64,000 nt of DNA from an uncultured Bacteroidales bacterium. Its GTDB lineage: Bacteria; Bacteroidota; Bacteroidia; Bacteroidales; UBA10428. Positions 8,838 through 16,474 of this stretch are shown piece after piece. Both the position numbers and the translations under genes were made by a program. The stretch is taken from positions 11,713-75,712 of the forward strand of contig CAZLLD010000002.1 in assembly GCA_964560225.1 (NCBI GenBank), given 5' to 3'. Every line of letters starts with the position of its first letter. Position 1 is the stretch's first letter. The notes beneath the pieces were generated by a model, which was not told where the DNA came from, made no database searches, and worked only from the letters and a program-made list of their open reading frames with translations.

Positions 8838-10256
8838 ATGAAAAAACTATCAATTTTCGTTTTGCCTCTCATCATGCTGGTAATGAGTTCATGTGATAAA
8901 TCGAACCCTGTACTTACCATTGAGGGTGGCAAGGTAATCGGAGTACAAACCGCAACAGAAGGAATTATTGCATATAAGGGCATTCCTTTTGCAGCGCCTC
9001 CTGTAGGCGATTTGCGTTGGAAAGAGCCCCAGCCGGTTATTCCCTGGGAAGGTGTGATGACAGCTGACTCTTTCGGTGCTGCTGCCATGCAGGTAACCTG
9101 GAATCCCAATAGTTTTTACGGCCGCGAATGGCGGGCAAGCGGATCGGTTCCTTTTGATGAAGATTGCCTTTACCTGAATGTTTGGACCTCTGCGGCTGGT
9201 AAAACTGATAAGAAACTTCCGGTTGCCATGTGGATACACGGTGGTGGATACCGCGAAGGTTTTGGCTTTGAACCGGAAATGGACGGCGGAGAAGATTGGG
9301 CCTCCAGGGGTGTAGTCTTTGTATCTGTAACTTACCGTTTGGGTATACTGGGATTCTTTTCACACCCCCTGCTTTCAGAAGAAAGTCCTAACGGGGTTTC
9401 AGGGAATTATGGATTGATGGATCAGGCTGCTGCACTGAAATGGATTCTCAAGAACATAGAACAGTTTGGCGGTGACCCAAATAACATCACCATCTTTGGT
9501 CAGAGTGCCGGAGCCGGAAGTGTTCAGTCGTTATGTGCATCGCCCCAAACCAAAGGTTTGTTGAGCAAGGCAATTAGCATGAGCGGTGGCGGACTGGGTG
9601 ACAGAAGACCTGGTCAGCCCCTGGATACGGCTCAATTAGCCAATAAAGCCATGATGGATTTCTTTGGGAAAACTACCCTGGAAGCTATGCGCGCCCTTTC
9701 ATTTGATGAACTTACTCAAATGTCAAAGGAATATGCTGATACAACCAAGAAACGCTTATTCCTGTCACCTGTAATCGACAATTATTTTCTGACCGGAACT
9801 TTCAGCGATTTGGCCCGTGCTGATGAAATTGCCGACGTTCCTTATATTTTTGGTTTTACCGCCAACGATATGTTTGATATGCGCCAGGCAGTGGCAGATT
9901 TCTGCCTGCTTCGGGAAGAAAAAAGTGATAAGCCTGCCTATGCCTATTTGTTTATGCGTCAGCTGCCGGGTGATTCTGCCGGTGCTTTTCACTCTTCTGA
10001 TTTGTGGTATACGTTTCACTCGCTAAGGCATAGCTGGAGGCCTTTCACACAAGCTGACCATGATTTGAGCCTGAAGATAGTTGATTACTGGACCAACTTC
10101 GTTAAGTTCGGAAATCCGAATGGCCAGGAAGAGGGGATATGGAAGCCATACACAACAGCTACACCCGAATATATGATATTTGATGTAGTTCAGGATTCGG
10201 CAGTATGCAAAATGACCCGTACACCGGAGTTTTTGGGTGCTGCTAAATTGCAGTAG
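8838..10256 (+). CDS. Carboxylesterase type B (para-nitrobenzyl-esterase-like), secreted
   Basis: Signal/lipobox (LVMSSC), oxyanion IHGGGY, nucleophile elbow GQSAGA, and EDCLYLNVW. Confidence 0.85.
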   Translation: MKKLSIFVLPLIMLVMSSCDKSNPVLTIEGGKVIGVQTATEGIIAYKGIPFAAPPVGDLRWKEPQPVIPWEGVMTADSFGAAAMQVTWNPNSFYGREWRASGSVPFDEDCLYLNVWTSAAGKTDKKLPVAMWIHGGGYREGFGFEPEMDGGEDWASRGVVFVSVTYRLGILGFFSHPLLSEESPNGVSGNYGLMDQAAALKWILKNIEQFGGDPNNITIFGQSAGAGSVQSLCASPQTKGLLSKAISMSGGGLGDRRPGQPLDTAQLANKAMMDFFGKTTLEAMRALSFDELTQMSKEYADTTKKRLFLSPVIDNYFLTGTFSDLARADEIADVPYIFGFTANDMFDMRQAVADFCLLREEKSDKPAYAYLFMRQLPGDSAGAFHSSDLWYTFHSLRHSWRPFTQADHDLSLKIVDYWTNFVKFGNPNGQEEGIWKPYTTATPEYMIFDVVQDSAVCKMTRTPEFLGAAKLQ

Positions 10257-10283
10257 AAGCAGTTAAAATACAGAATAAAAAAG

Positions 10284-10310
10284 GCCTGGTTTGTAACCAG
10301 GCTTTTTTTT
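10284..10310. terminator. Bidirectional rho-independent terminator
   Basis: GCCTGGTT (10284-10291) / AACCAGGC (10295-10302), flanked by an A-run upstream and T8 downstream. It lies between convergent genes. Confidence 0.75.
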
Positions 10311-10386
10311 ATTGATGAAATCCCGATAAATTCAGCACATGTGTTTTGAATAAGCTGACGACTGAAGCTACCTATTTGTTTTACAT

Positions 10387-10776
10387 TCAACTTATTCCGG
10401 CTTTCTTTCGGTCTTCAAAAATAGCATCTTTTGCAGCTTGCAATGAATTGGCCTCTCCTGTTGACACATTATAACGGGAACCACTGGTTTTGATAAATAT
10501 GCCAGTAGATAAATCAGGATTAATACGATATGAATAGCGGGTATAGGTACCAACCACTTTGGCTCTGGATTGACCCCATTCTACTGAAACCCCTGCCTTA
10601 ACATAGAAATCATTAAGAATCATTACGGTGTCCATTTTCCTGTTGAATTTTGTCATATAGTCAACCCATTGGTTTTCCCATACTTTAACATCTTCCAAAG
10701 TTTCTATTCTCCAATGTGGAGTTGCAATCACAATATCATCGGCCTCATCATGTTGAAAATCAATTATTCCTTTCAT
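10387..10776 (-). CDS. Hypothetical protein
   Basis: 129-aa ORF with no signal peptide and no family recognised. Confidence 0.5.
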   Translation of the reverse strand: MKGIIDFQHDEADDIVIATPHWRIETLEDVKVWENQWVDYMTKFNRKMDTVMILNDFYVKAGVSVEWGQSRAKVVGTYTRYSYRINPDLSTGIFIKTSGSRYNVSTGEANSLQAAKDAIFEDRKKAGIS

Positions 10777-10880
10777 AATTCAATTATTTAAGTTATTAGA
10801 TAAGATTAAATTAATAATTCCGGTTAATAGAAATAATGTGGAAGTTAGGAAATATATTTTTTTTAAGCAAAATCAGGTAT

Positions 10881-11990
10881 TTATTGATGAAAACCCATAG
10901 CGTTCAGCTCATGTGCCCTGAATATATTGTATTTTTCCTGGTCAAGCGGGTAATCCCAACTGCCCAGGCTGTGGTATATATTGCCGCCAAATCCGGTTTT
11001 AAATTTGTACAAACCATATAAAGGATGCGACTTCATGGGGCCGGGTGCCACTCCAAACATATCATATGACCTGCAACCCAATTCTTTACAAACTGTAATG
11101 GCTTTCCACTGAAGTGCATAGGAAGGCATCAGATTGCGGTGGTCTGAAGAGGATGCGCCATACATAAAGGTTCCCCGGTCCTGCGAAATAACCAGGAACA
11201 TAGCAGCCAAAGGTTTATTCTGGTATTCCGCAACCAGTAGCTTTACTCTTGCAGGCGACAGTGTATCATCGGCATTGGCGTGCATGATCGACTCGAAGTA
11301 TCGCTTGTTATGCAAAACAAATCGATTGCGAGCTGCCGACTCAGCGTACAGGTTATACCACGTCTCAAGACATTCAGGACCGGCAAGCTTTACCGTTACG
11401 CCTTTCTTTTCGGCCAGCCTGATATTATACCGGGTCTTTGGCTTCATGCTATTCAGTATGTTCTGGTGATCACGCAACAGGTTGATGTATATGGTACTCG
11501 ATGGCAGGCTGTTGCCGTGAGCCTTTTGAAAGTTTTTTTTAACTGTGGAATAGTTGAACCTGAATTCCTGAGTGAGCGCTTCAGGTTCTCCTTTCCAGTT
11601 TCCCTGACTGTCGTAATTATCATCGTCTTTAGCCCAATACGATTCCCAGCATAATTCATAACGGATCATGAGACACTGCTTTGGCAGATAAGAACGAAGG
11701 CACTCTGATAATTCTTCCAGAAAAGGGCCCTGATATTCTTCCCGGGGTTCCAGTTCGGGACCATAAGGTACATGGGCAATGGCATGGTTGCTGTCAAGAA
11801 ACCTTAAAATAACCAGCATATCCGAACGATTTTTCCAATCGCTTTCACAAAAATCCTTGTAAGGTTTAAATTCAACGGCAAATGAAGACAAGCCCAGGTT
11901 TCTTTTCACCAGCGACCAAAATGCTGTTTGCTGGACGATCGGCGTAGAAAAAAGCAGGTCGGTGTCTTTTCTTATTATTTGGTGTAGCAT
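10881..11990 (-). CDS. FemAB-family (peptidoglycan bridge-formation / aminoacyl-transferase-like) protein
   Basis: Overall pattern and the C-terminal block MPSYALQWKAITVCKELGCRSYDMFGVAP are typical of PF02388-type proteins (recognition from memory). Confidence 0.65.
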   Translation of the reverse strand: MLHQIIRKDTDLLFSTPIVQQTAFWSLVKRNLGLSSFAVEFKPYKDFCESDWKNRSDMLVILRFLDSNHAIAHVPYGPELEPREEYQGPFLEELSECLRSYLPKQCLMIRYELCWESYWAKDDDNYDSQGNWKGEPEALTQEFRFNYSTVKKNFQKAHGNSLPSSTIYINLLRDHQNILNSMKPKTRYNIRLAEKKGVTVKLAGPECLETWYNLYAESAARNRFVLHNKRYFESIMHANADDTLSPARVKLLVAEYQNKPLAAMFLVISQDRGTFMYGASSSDHRNLMPSYALQWKAITVCKELGCRSYDMFGVAPGPMKSHPLYGLYKFKTGFGGNIYHSLGSWDYPLDQEKYNIFRAHELNAMGFHQ

Positions 11991-12299
11991 AACATAGGCG
12001 GTTAATGGATTTAAAAACAGAATGGCCGGTAAGTAAACCGGCTTGTGAAAAAATAAATGTTAACAGGATTGAACTTCTACAGCATGCGAATGCACAAAAA
12101 TTTCAAAATTGAAGCCCAAACGATCTTCCGGTAATGAAAATTCAGAAAATAATATGTTCTCAGGTTGTAACGCATCCTGGCTTATTAAGATCTGGCAAAC
12201 ATAATCAATTATTTACAAAAAGGCTGTCTTTTCTGGCTGGTATATGATTGTTACAATTATAAGCAGGATAATTCTCAGTGTTTTCATATTTTGGATATT

Positions 12300-13250
12300 C
12301 TATTTTTTATACAACACCCGGTATGCCCTCATCCAGGCAACCGGAATGCATGACTGGTGTGTTTCATCGGGGAAAACCTGGGTCTCCACTTTGAACCCCC
12401 GATATTTTCTGGATGCCAGTTGGGTTGCCATCTGGTTCATATTTGCGATGGTAAGTGAGTCTTCAGCTCCGCCTGCAGTCATGTATAGCATTGCATTCAA
12501 ATCGTTGTGCCGGGCTGCATATTCCTGCTCATAAGTGTAAAGGATTCCCTTATCATATCCGATTGAAGGGCTGCCGGCATAGTAAAGGCTGAACAGGTCA
12601 GGTCGCGTGAACAATACATACAATGAAAACAAGCCTCCGTAGGAGTAACCACCAAGGGCCCTCCCTGTTGATGAAACACGGTAATTTGATTCCACCAATG
12701 GAAAAACCTCTTTTTCTATACATTCCAGGAATTTTGCAGCACCTCCGGTCTTCACTTCAATCTGCCTGCCTGTAGATTTCGAAAATACGCCTGTCCAGTA
12801 GGTATCCGACGACGGGATATTGGTCGGCGTGAGATCTCTTGTCCTCCATGCTCCCCAGTCGCCCATATCGCTAATCTTATATCCTATGCCTACCACGAAA
12901 ATTTCAGGTTCGACAATAAAAGGCACTTCAAACAGCCTCACTATATTGGCTACCAGCGGAAACGCGATGTTTGCATCCGTACCGTACCAGCATGGGAAAA
13001 TCTTCAGTGTATCCTTATAATAGCCGGCGGGAATTTTAATATAAAGCACCATTTCCTGACCCAGAATTTCCGAATAAAAGGATCGGGTTTCAGTTAACGG
13101 TACAGGAACCAAGGCAGTGTTATTCTCATCAGTTGCTGCAGGCTGATTTTGTGAAAATGCATTTGGGATTTCGGTAACGAAGAGCGATAGAAAAATAAAC
13201 AATGCTAAGGCGGGTTTACCGGCCAGAAGGCGAATTGTTCTCATATTCAC
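12300..13250 (-). CDS. Alpha/beta-hydrolase, putative esterase (PF00756-like), secreted
   Basis: Signal peptide. Nucleophile elbow GYSYGG in LGGYSYGGLFSL. Layout resembles enterochelin-esterase-like proteins. Confidence 0.7.
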   Translation of the reverse strand: MNMRTIRLLAGKPALALFIFLSLFVTEIPNAFSQNQPAATDENNTALVPVPLTETRSFYSEILGQEMVLYIKIPAGYYKDTLKIFPCWYGTDANIAFPLVANIVRLFEVPFIVEPEIFVVGIGYKISDMGDWGAWRTRDLTPTNIPSSDTYWTGVFSKSTGRQIEVKTGGAAKFLECIEKEVFPLVESNYRVSSTGRALGGYSYGGLFSLYVLFTRPDLFSLYYAGSPSIGYDKGILYTYEQEYAARHNDLNAMLYMTAGGAEDSLTIANMNQMATQLASRKYRGFKVETQVFPDETHQSCIPVAWMRAYRVLYKK

Positions 13251-13335
13251 TCAATTTTAGGATTTGGGTATAATGCTATTAAAGTTAGCATTAAATGGCT
13301 GGAATTGCACCTAAATTACGTGGGAAAAATACTCC

Positions 13336-14034
13336 TTACCTGTAATGCTGAAAGAGTCCCCCATAGGAAACACTGAAGTTAAATAGCCAACCGGTAAAAT
13401 AGGGTGTATGTGTTACATCTGAGTTATTCATATCATACCAATTCAGACTGGTTACAGAAGGGATAAAGACATTGATGCCGAAGCGCAGGTAATGCTCCAG
13501 CTTTTTCTTTGTTAAAGTCTCACCTTTTGGTAAATTGCCCATTTTTAAGTCTGTGGTAATTCCAAAGCCATAGGTATAACCAGTGCGCATACCTAACAAG
13601 TCATCTCCAACCTGAATATTTTTCGATTCGAATTCACTATAGGAAAGGGATACATTGGGTATGATTCTTAGTATTTCCCTCTCAATGATGGCCAAACCCA
13701 GTGATATGCCGGCAATATCCATTCTGTATTTATTGCCTGCGGGCCATGTGGTTTCTTTATAGTTCAGTTCAGTCTGCAGTTTTCCGCCGCCCAGATTATA
13801 GAAACCGGAAACGTGCAAACGGGAATAACGCAAATCCAGGTTGGTTACAAATAATGCCGTGCTGGTATAATAATCGGCAAAGCCTCCAATAACCAAAGCA
13901 CCACCGGCGCCTGCTGATAACCCCACGCCCCACGATCGTTTCTGTGTGCTGCTATTCTCTGTTGAATTGTTTTGGGCAAAAGCAGATAATCCAAATAAGA
14001 TGAATACTCCGAATGACAGATAGAATTTTTTCAT
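13336..14034 (-). CDS. Outer-membrane beta-barrel (porin-family) protein
   Basis: Signal peptide (MKKFYLSFGVFILFGLSAFAQ), alternating beta-strand pattern, and an aromatic-rich C-terminus (YGGLFQHYR). Confidence 0.6.
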   Translation of the reverse strand: MKKFYLSFGVFILFGLSAFAQNNSTENSSTQKRSWGVGLSAGAGGALVIGGFADYYTSTALFVTNLDLRYSRLHVSGFYNLGGGKLQTELNYKETTWPAGNKYRMDIAGISLGLAIIEREILRIIPNVSLSYSEFESKNIQVGDDLLGMRTGYTYGFGITTDLKMGNLPKGETLTKKKLEHYLRFGINVFIPSVTSLNWYDMNNSDVTHTPYFTGWLFNFSVSYGGLFQHYR

Positions 14035-14139
14035 TTTGAAAGGTTTTGGTTGTAGATAGAATAATGAACTGAAGTAAAAATAAACAAGAATAAGAAGAAT
14101 TCATAAATGATCGAAACCATTTGTGAGGAGTTACCTTTT

Positions 14140-14300
14140 TAATCCCGGTCGGACTCCTTGGAAGTCGCTTCTGATTGCCTGCATTGAGTCATTAAGGCTT
14201 CCTACAGTGGGTAGGTAGTTTCAAACTACGGGTTAAAAAAGCTTAGTAACAAACTAAGCTTAGCGGGGAGCTCCATGAAGCTAAACTTAACTTAGCGGGT
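14140..14300 (-). repeat. Intergenic nested-hairpin element, copy A
   Basis: Shares ordered blocks with 15240-15425: GTAGTTTCAAACTACGGGTTAAAAAAGCTTAGT (30/33 identical to copy B), GGGAGCT, and AGCTAAACTTAACTTAGCGGG. Begins 25 nt after the stop of 14324..15082. Confidence 0.7.
14233..14261 (-). terminator. Rho-independent terminator embedded in repeat copy A
   Basis: Minus strand: AAGCTTAGT-TTGTT-ACTAAGCTT (perfect 9-bp stem) followed by TTTTTT. Confidence 0.6.
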
Positions 14301-14323
14301 TTCAATGCTTTTTTTCTTCATTC

Positions 14324-15082
14324 TTAGTTCCGTAATAAGTTCAAAAAATAACCAATCAGGATAAAGACAAACAAATAGGACATGTACCCTAAAATAATTA
14401 CTGCTAATGACTTCATATAGTTAATCAACTTTTTCTTGCCAAAGAACTGTCCGATCGCCCACATAAGATACAGAAAGAAAACTAACATGACACCAAGTGC
14501 AATAAATCCATTGTTTGTTACTTTCCCACTAACAAAAGCCAATGACAGTATTAATGTGGCTTCACCCAGAATAAAGCAAAGTATAACTATAATTTCATAT
14601 ATATTGTAGTTCCGGACAAAGATCCTGATCCATAGAGCCATGAAAATGCCTATAATCAAATTGGCATATCCGATATTGTTATTCAACCACACTCCAAAAT
14701 CACCGGTGCTGACCTTGCCTTGCAATCCTTGAATTTTATCAACATTGAAGTAGCTGTATTCAATATTTAAAAAATACGAAATCAGGGAAAGAATTATTGA
14801 AGTAAAGATCAGAAAAACAATAGGTTTCACATGCCTGTCCCGGTTCTCGAATAGAAACTCCCGGATTGATTTCCCGGGTCTTATTAAGAATTCTTTTGTC
14901 GTATAAAGAAATCCCCTGTCAAGATTAAAGATTTCCTGAACTTGTTGAGAAAAGTAGCGTCTGTCAATCCTTTCCAATTCTGATCTTTGCTCTGATATTG
15001 GAATAACTTGGTTATCGATATGTTGGTTGCAGTTTTTACCGGCAGTCATTTGTTTGGGTGAATTATAAAGTTCATGATGCAA
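14324..15082 (-). CDS. Multi-pass membrane protein, DUF3667-like
   Basis: FLYTTKEFLIRPGKSIREFL followed by about five TM helices resembles DUF3667 from memory. The usual N-terminal CxxC zinc-ribbon is not evident. Confidence 0.5.
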   Translation of the reverse strand: MHHELYNSPKQMTAGKNCNQHIDNQVIPISEQRSELERIDRRYFSQQVQEIFNLDRGFLYTTKEFLIRPGKSIREFLFENRDRHVKPIVFLIFTSIILSLISYFLNIEYSYFNVDKIQGLQGKVSTGDFGVWLNNNIGYANLIIGIFMALWIRIFVRNYNIYEIIVILCFILGEATLILSLAFVSGKVTNNGFIALGVMLVFFLYLMWAIGQFFGKKKLINYMKSLAVIILGYMSYLFVFILIGYFLNLLRN

Positions 15083-15239
15083 TATTAGTTAACGGACAGC
15101 AGTATGGCTAGTAAGTGATTGCTAATTTTTTACCAATGTTAACTAATTATCCCGGAATGCAAGGTAACTTTAATCCAATTTCAGGCCCCGGCCGGGGTCG
15201 CATGTTTCATTTGGCCATTATTTTCTATACACATCGGAT

Positions 15240-15425
15240 TCCTCCGGAGTCTTCGCCTGTTTAACGGAGTAGGGGACTGAACCTGGTTTTCGAAAGGGGA
15301 GTGGGGTTTGTAGTTACAAACTACAGGTTAATAAAGCTTAGTTGCAACCGATCAAAGGGAGCTCAGCCCTGCCTGGCGGAGCGGCAGCGCAGGCAGGGAA
15401 GCTACACTAAGCTTAGCGGGGACAC
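15240..15425 (-). repeat. Intergenic nested-hairpin element, copy B
   Basis: Same blocks as copy A. AAGCTTAGT (15334-15342) / ACTAAGCTT (15406-15414) enclose a GC-rich 9-bp stem, CCCTGCCTG (15367-15375) / CAGGCAGGG (15390-15398). Begins 63 nt after the stop of 15485..15997. Confidence 0.7.
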
Positions 15426-15484
15426 AATTTACCTTAAACACGCTATTGGGCATTCGTGCTTAATTATATCAATTATACACGAGA

Positions 15485-15997
15485 TTATTTGATTTTTCTC
15501 TTATTTACCTTCTCAGATTCAATAAGAGCCTTTCTTAAGTATGAATATGCTAGAGTAAATATTAACAGACATAACAAAAACACAAAAAAGGATAATAATA
15601 AGTTGCCATGGTTATTCTTTTTTAAAAACATTAATGTTGATATACTTAAAAAGACAAAGGAAATAAATAGGTGCCTATACATAATCATTGGCCTTCTAAT
15701 GCTTAACAAATCTATATCCTTAGCATCCTTAATATCGTTAATAAATTGTTCAAAGTATTTAGGATATAAAAGCCACAAAACTCTTTGAAATGAATAATGA
15801 ATAGATAATCCTAATATAAATGAAATGAAAACTAAAATAATGAAAATCAGAAGAGTATTATTAAAAATAAAATCAACTTTTACATTAAGCGAATTATCCG
15901 AGAAAACCTGATAAAATAGAAAAGCACTTATTAAATATACACTTCCTGGAAGTGTAAAATGAATGACTTCTTTAGACCATTTTGCAAAATCGTCCAT
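15485..15997 (-). CDS. Hypothetical 4-TM membrane protein in an AT-rich island
   Basis: 170-aa ORF with four hydrophobic helices and a basic C-terminus (KVNKRKIK). No family recognised. Strand choice rests on ORF length and TM pattern only. Confidence 0.45.
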   Translation of the reverse strand: MDDFAKWSKEVIHFTLPGSVYLISAFLFYQVFSDNSLNVKVDFIFNNTLLIFIILVFISFILGLSIHYSFQRVLWLLYPKYFEQFINDIKDAKDIDLLSIRRPMIMYRHLFISFVFLSISTLMFLKKNNHGNLLLSFFVFLLCLLIFTLAYSYLRKALIESEKVNKRKIK

Positions 15998-16155
15998 TAT
16001 ATTATTATGTGAAAAGAAATTTTTCCATCAGCATCATGCCCATACAGTTCAAAATACTTACTAAAGATAAGTATATTTTCCTTTTATTAAAAAATTCATC
16101 AAGTTCTCATTCATACTCATTATCGAATTCCTTTGGCGGATCCAGTTTTTCAATA

Positions 16156-16360
16156 AAAATATTTGCTTTAACATAACATCTGCCGATATCGAACTGAGGC
16201 AAAGCCTCAATCCAATAAAATGATTATTTAAATTGATTCTACTCGAAAATTTGCTTTAACATAAAATCTGCCGTTATCGGACTCCGCTGACGCTTCGTCG
16301 CGATAACTGATTTTATGTTAAGTATCCGGTTGACTCCGCTTGGGCTTCGTCAACCGGCTA
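16156..16360 (-). repeat. Tandem direct repeat plus two hairpins with a shared GAC-GAA-GC/GC-GGA-GUC core
   Basis: TTTGCTTTAACATAA.ATCTGCCG.TATCG.ACT occurs at 16262 and 16250+ (31/34 identical, ~88-90-nt period). Nested hairpin 16258-16319. Second hairpin 16326-16357. Confidence 0.7.
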
Positions 16361-16435
16361 CACGCAAATTTTCTGCGGCCGAAATTTTCTTTTCTAATGT
16401 CCTATAATTAATATTATGTTAAATAGAATTATCAA

Positions 16436-16467
16436 AGAAAAAGGGAAACGGTTTCGCTTCCCTTTTT
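16436..16467 (-). terminator. Rho-independent terminator (T-runs on both strands)
   Basis: Minus strand: GGGAAGCG-AAAC-CGTTTCCC then TTTTTC, 13 nt after the stop of 16475..17785. Confidence 0.75.
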
Positions 16468-16474
16468 GCGGTTA

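Noticed and set aside
15255-15295. tRNA-like fragment (minus strand GGTTCAGTCCCCTACTCCG resembles a T-arm plus acceptor 3' half), a possible island att site
   Set aside because: The putative T-stem does not pair (only 2 bp) and no matching full tRNA with this 3' end is in the window. Evidence is insufficient.
14215-15422. Canonical integron attC boxes (RYYYAAC ... GTTRRRY) in the nested-hairpin elements
   Set aside because: Single GTTAAGT/ACTTAAC matches exist, but the paired boxes in the correct relative orientation are not convincing, and no integrase is nearby. The idea is kept only as a hypothesis to test under the corresponding finding.
15456-16176. Plus-strand ORFs of 110 aa and 64 aa in the AT-rich island
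   Set aside because: They are antisense to or adjacent to the longer 170-aa minus-strand ORF. They have Asn/Lys/Ile-rich composition, as expected by chance in AT-rich DNA. Neither strand can be proven coding from sequence alone.
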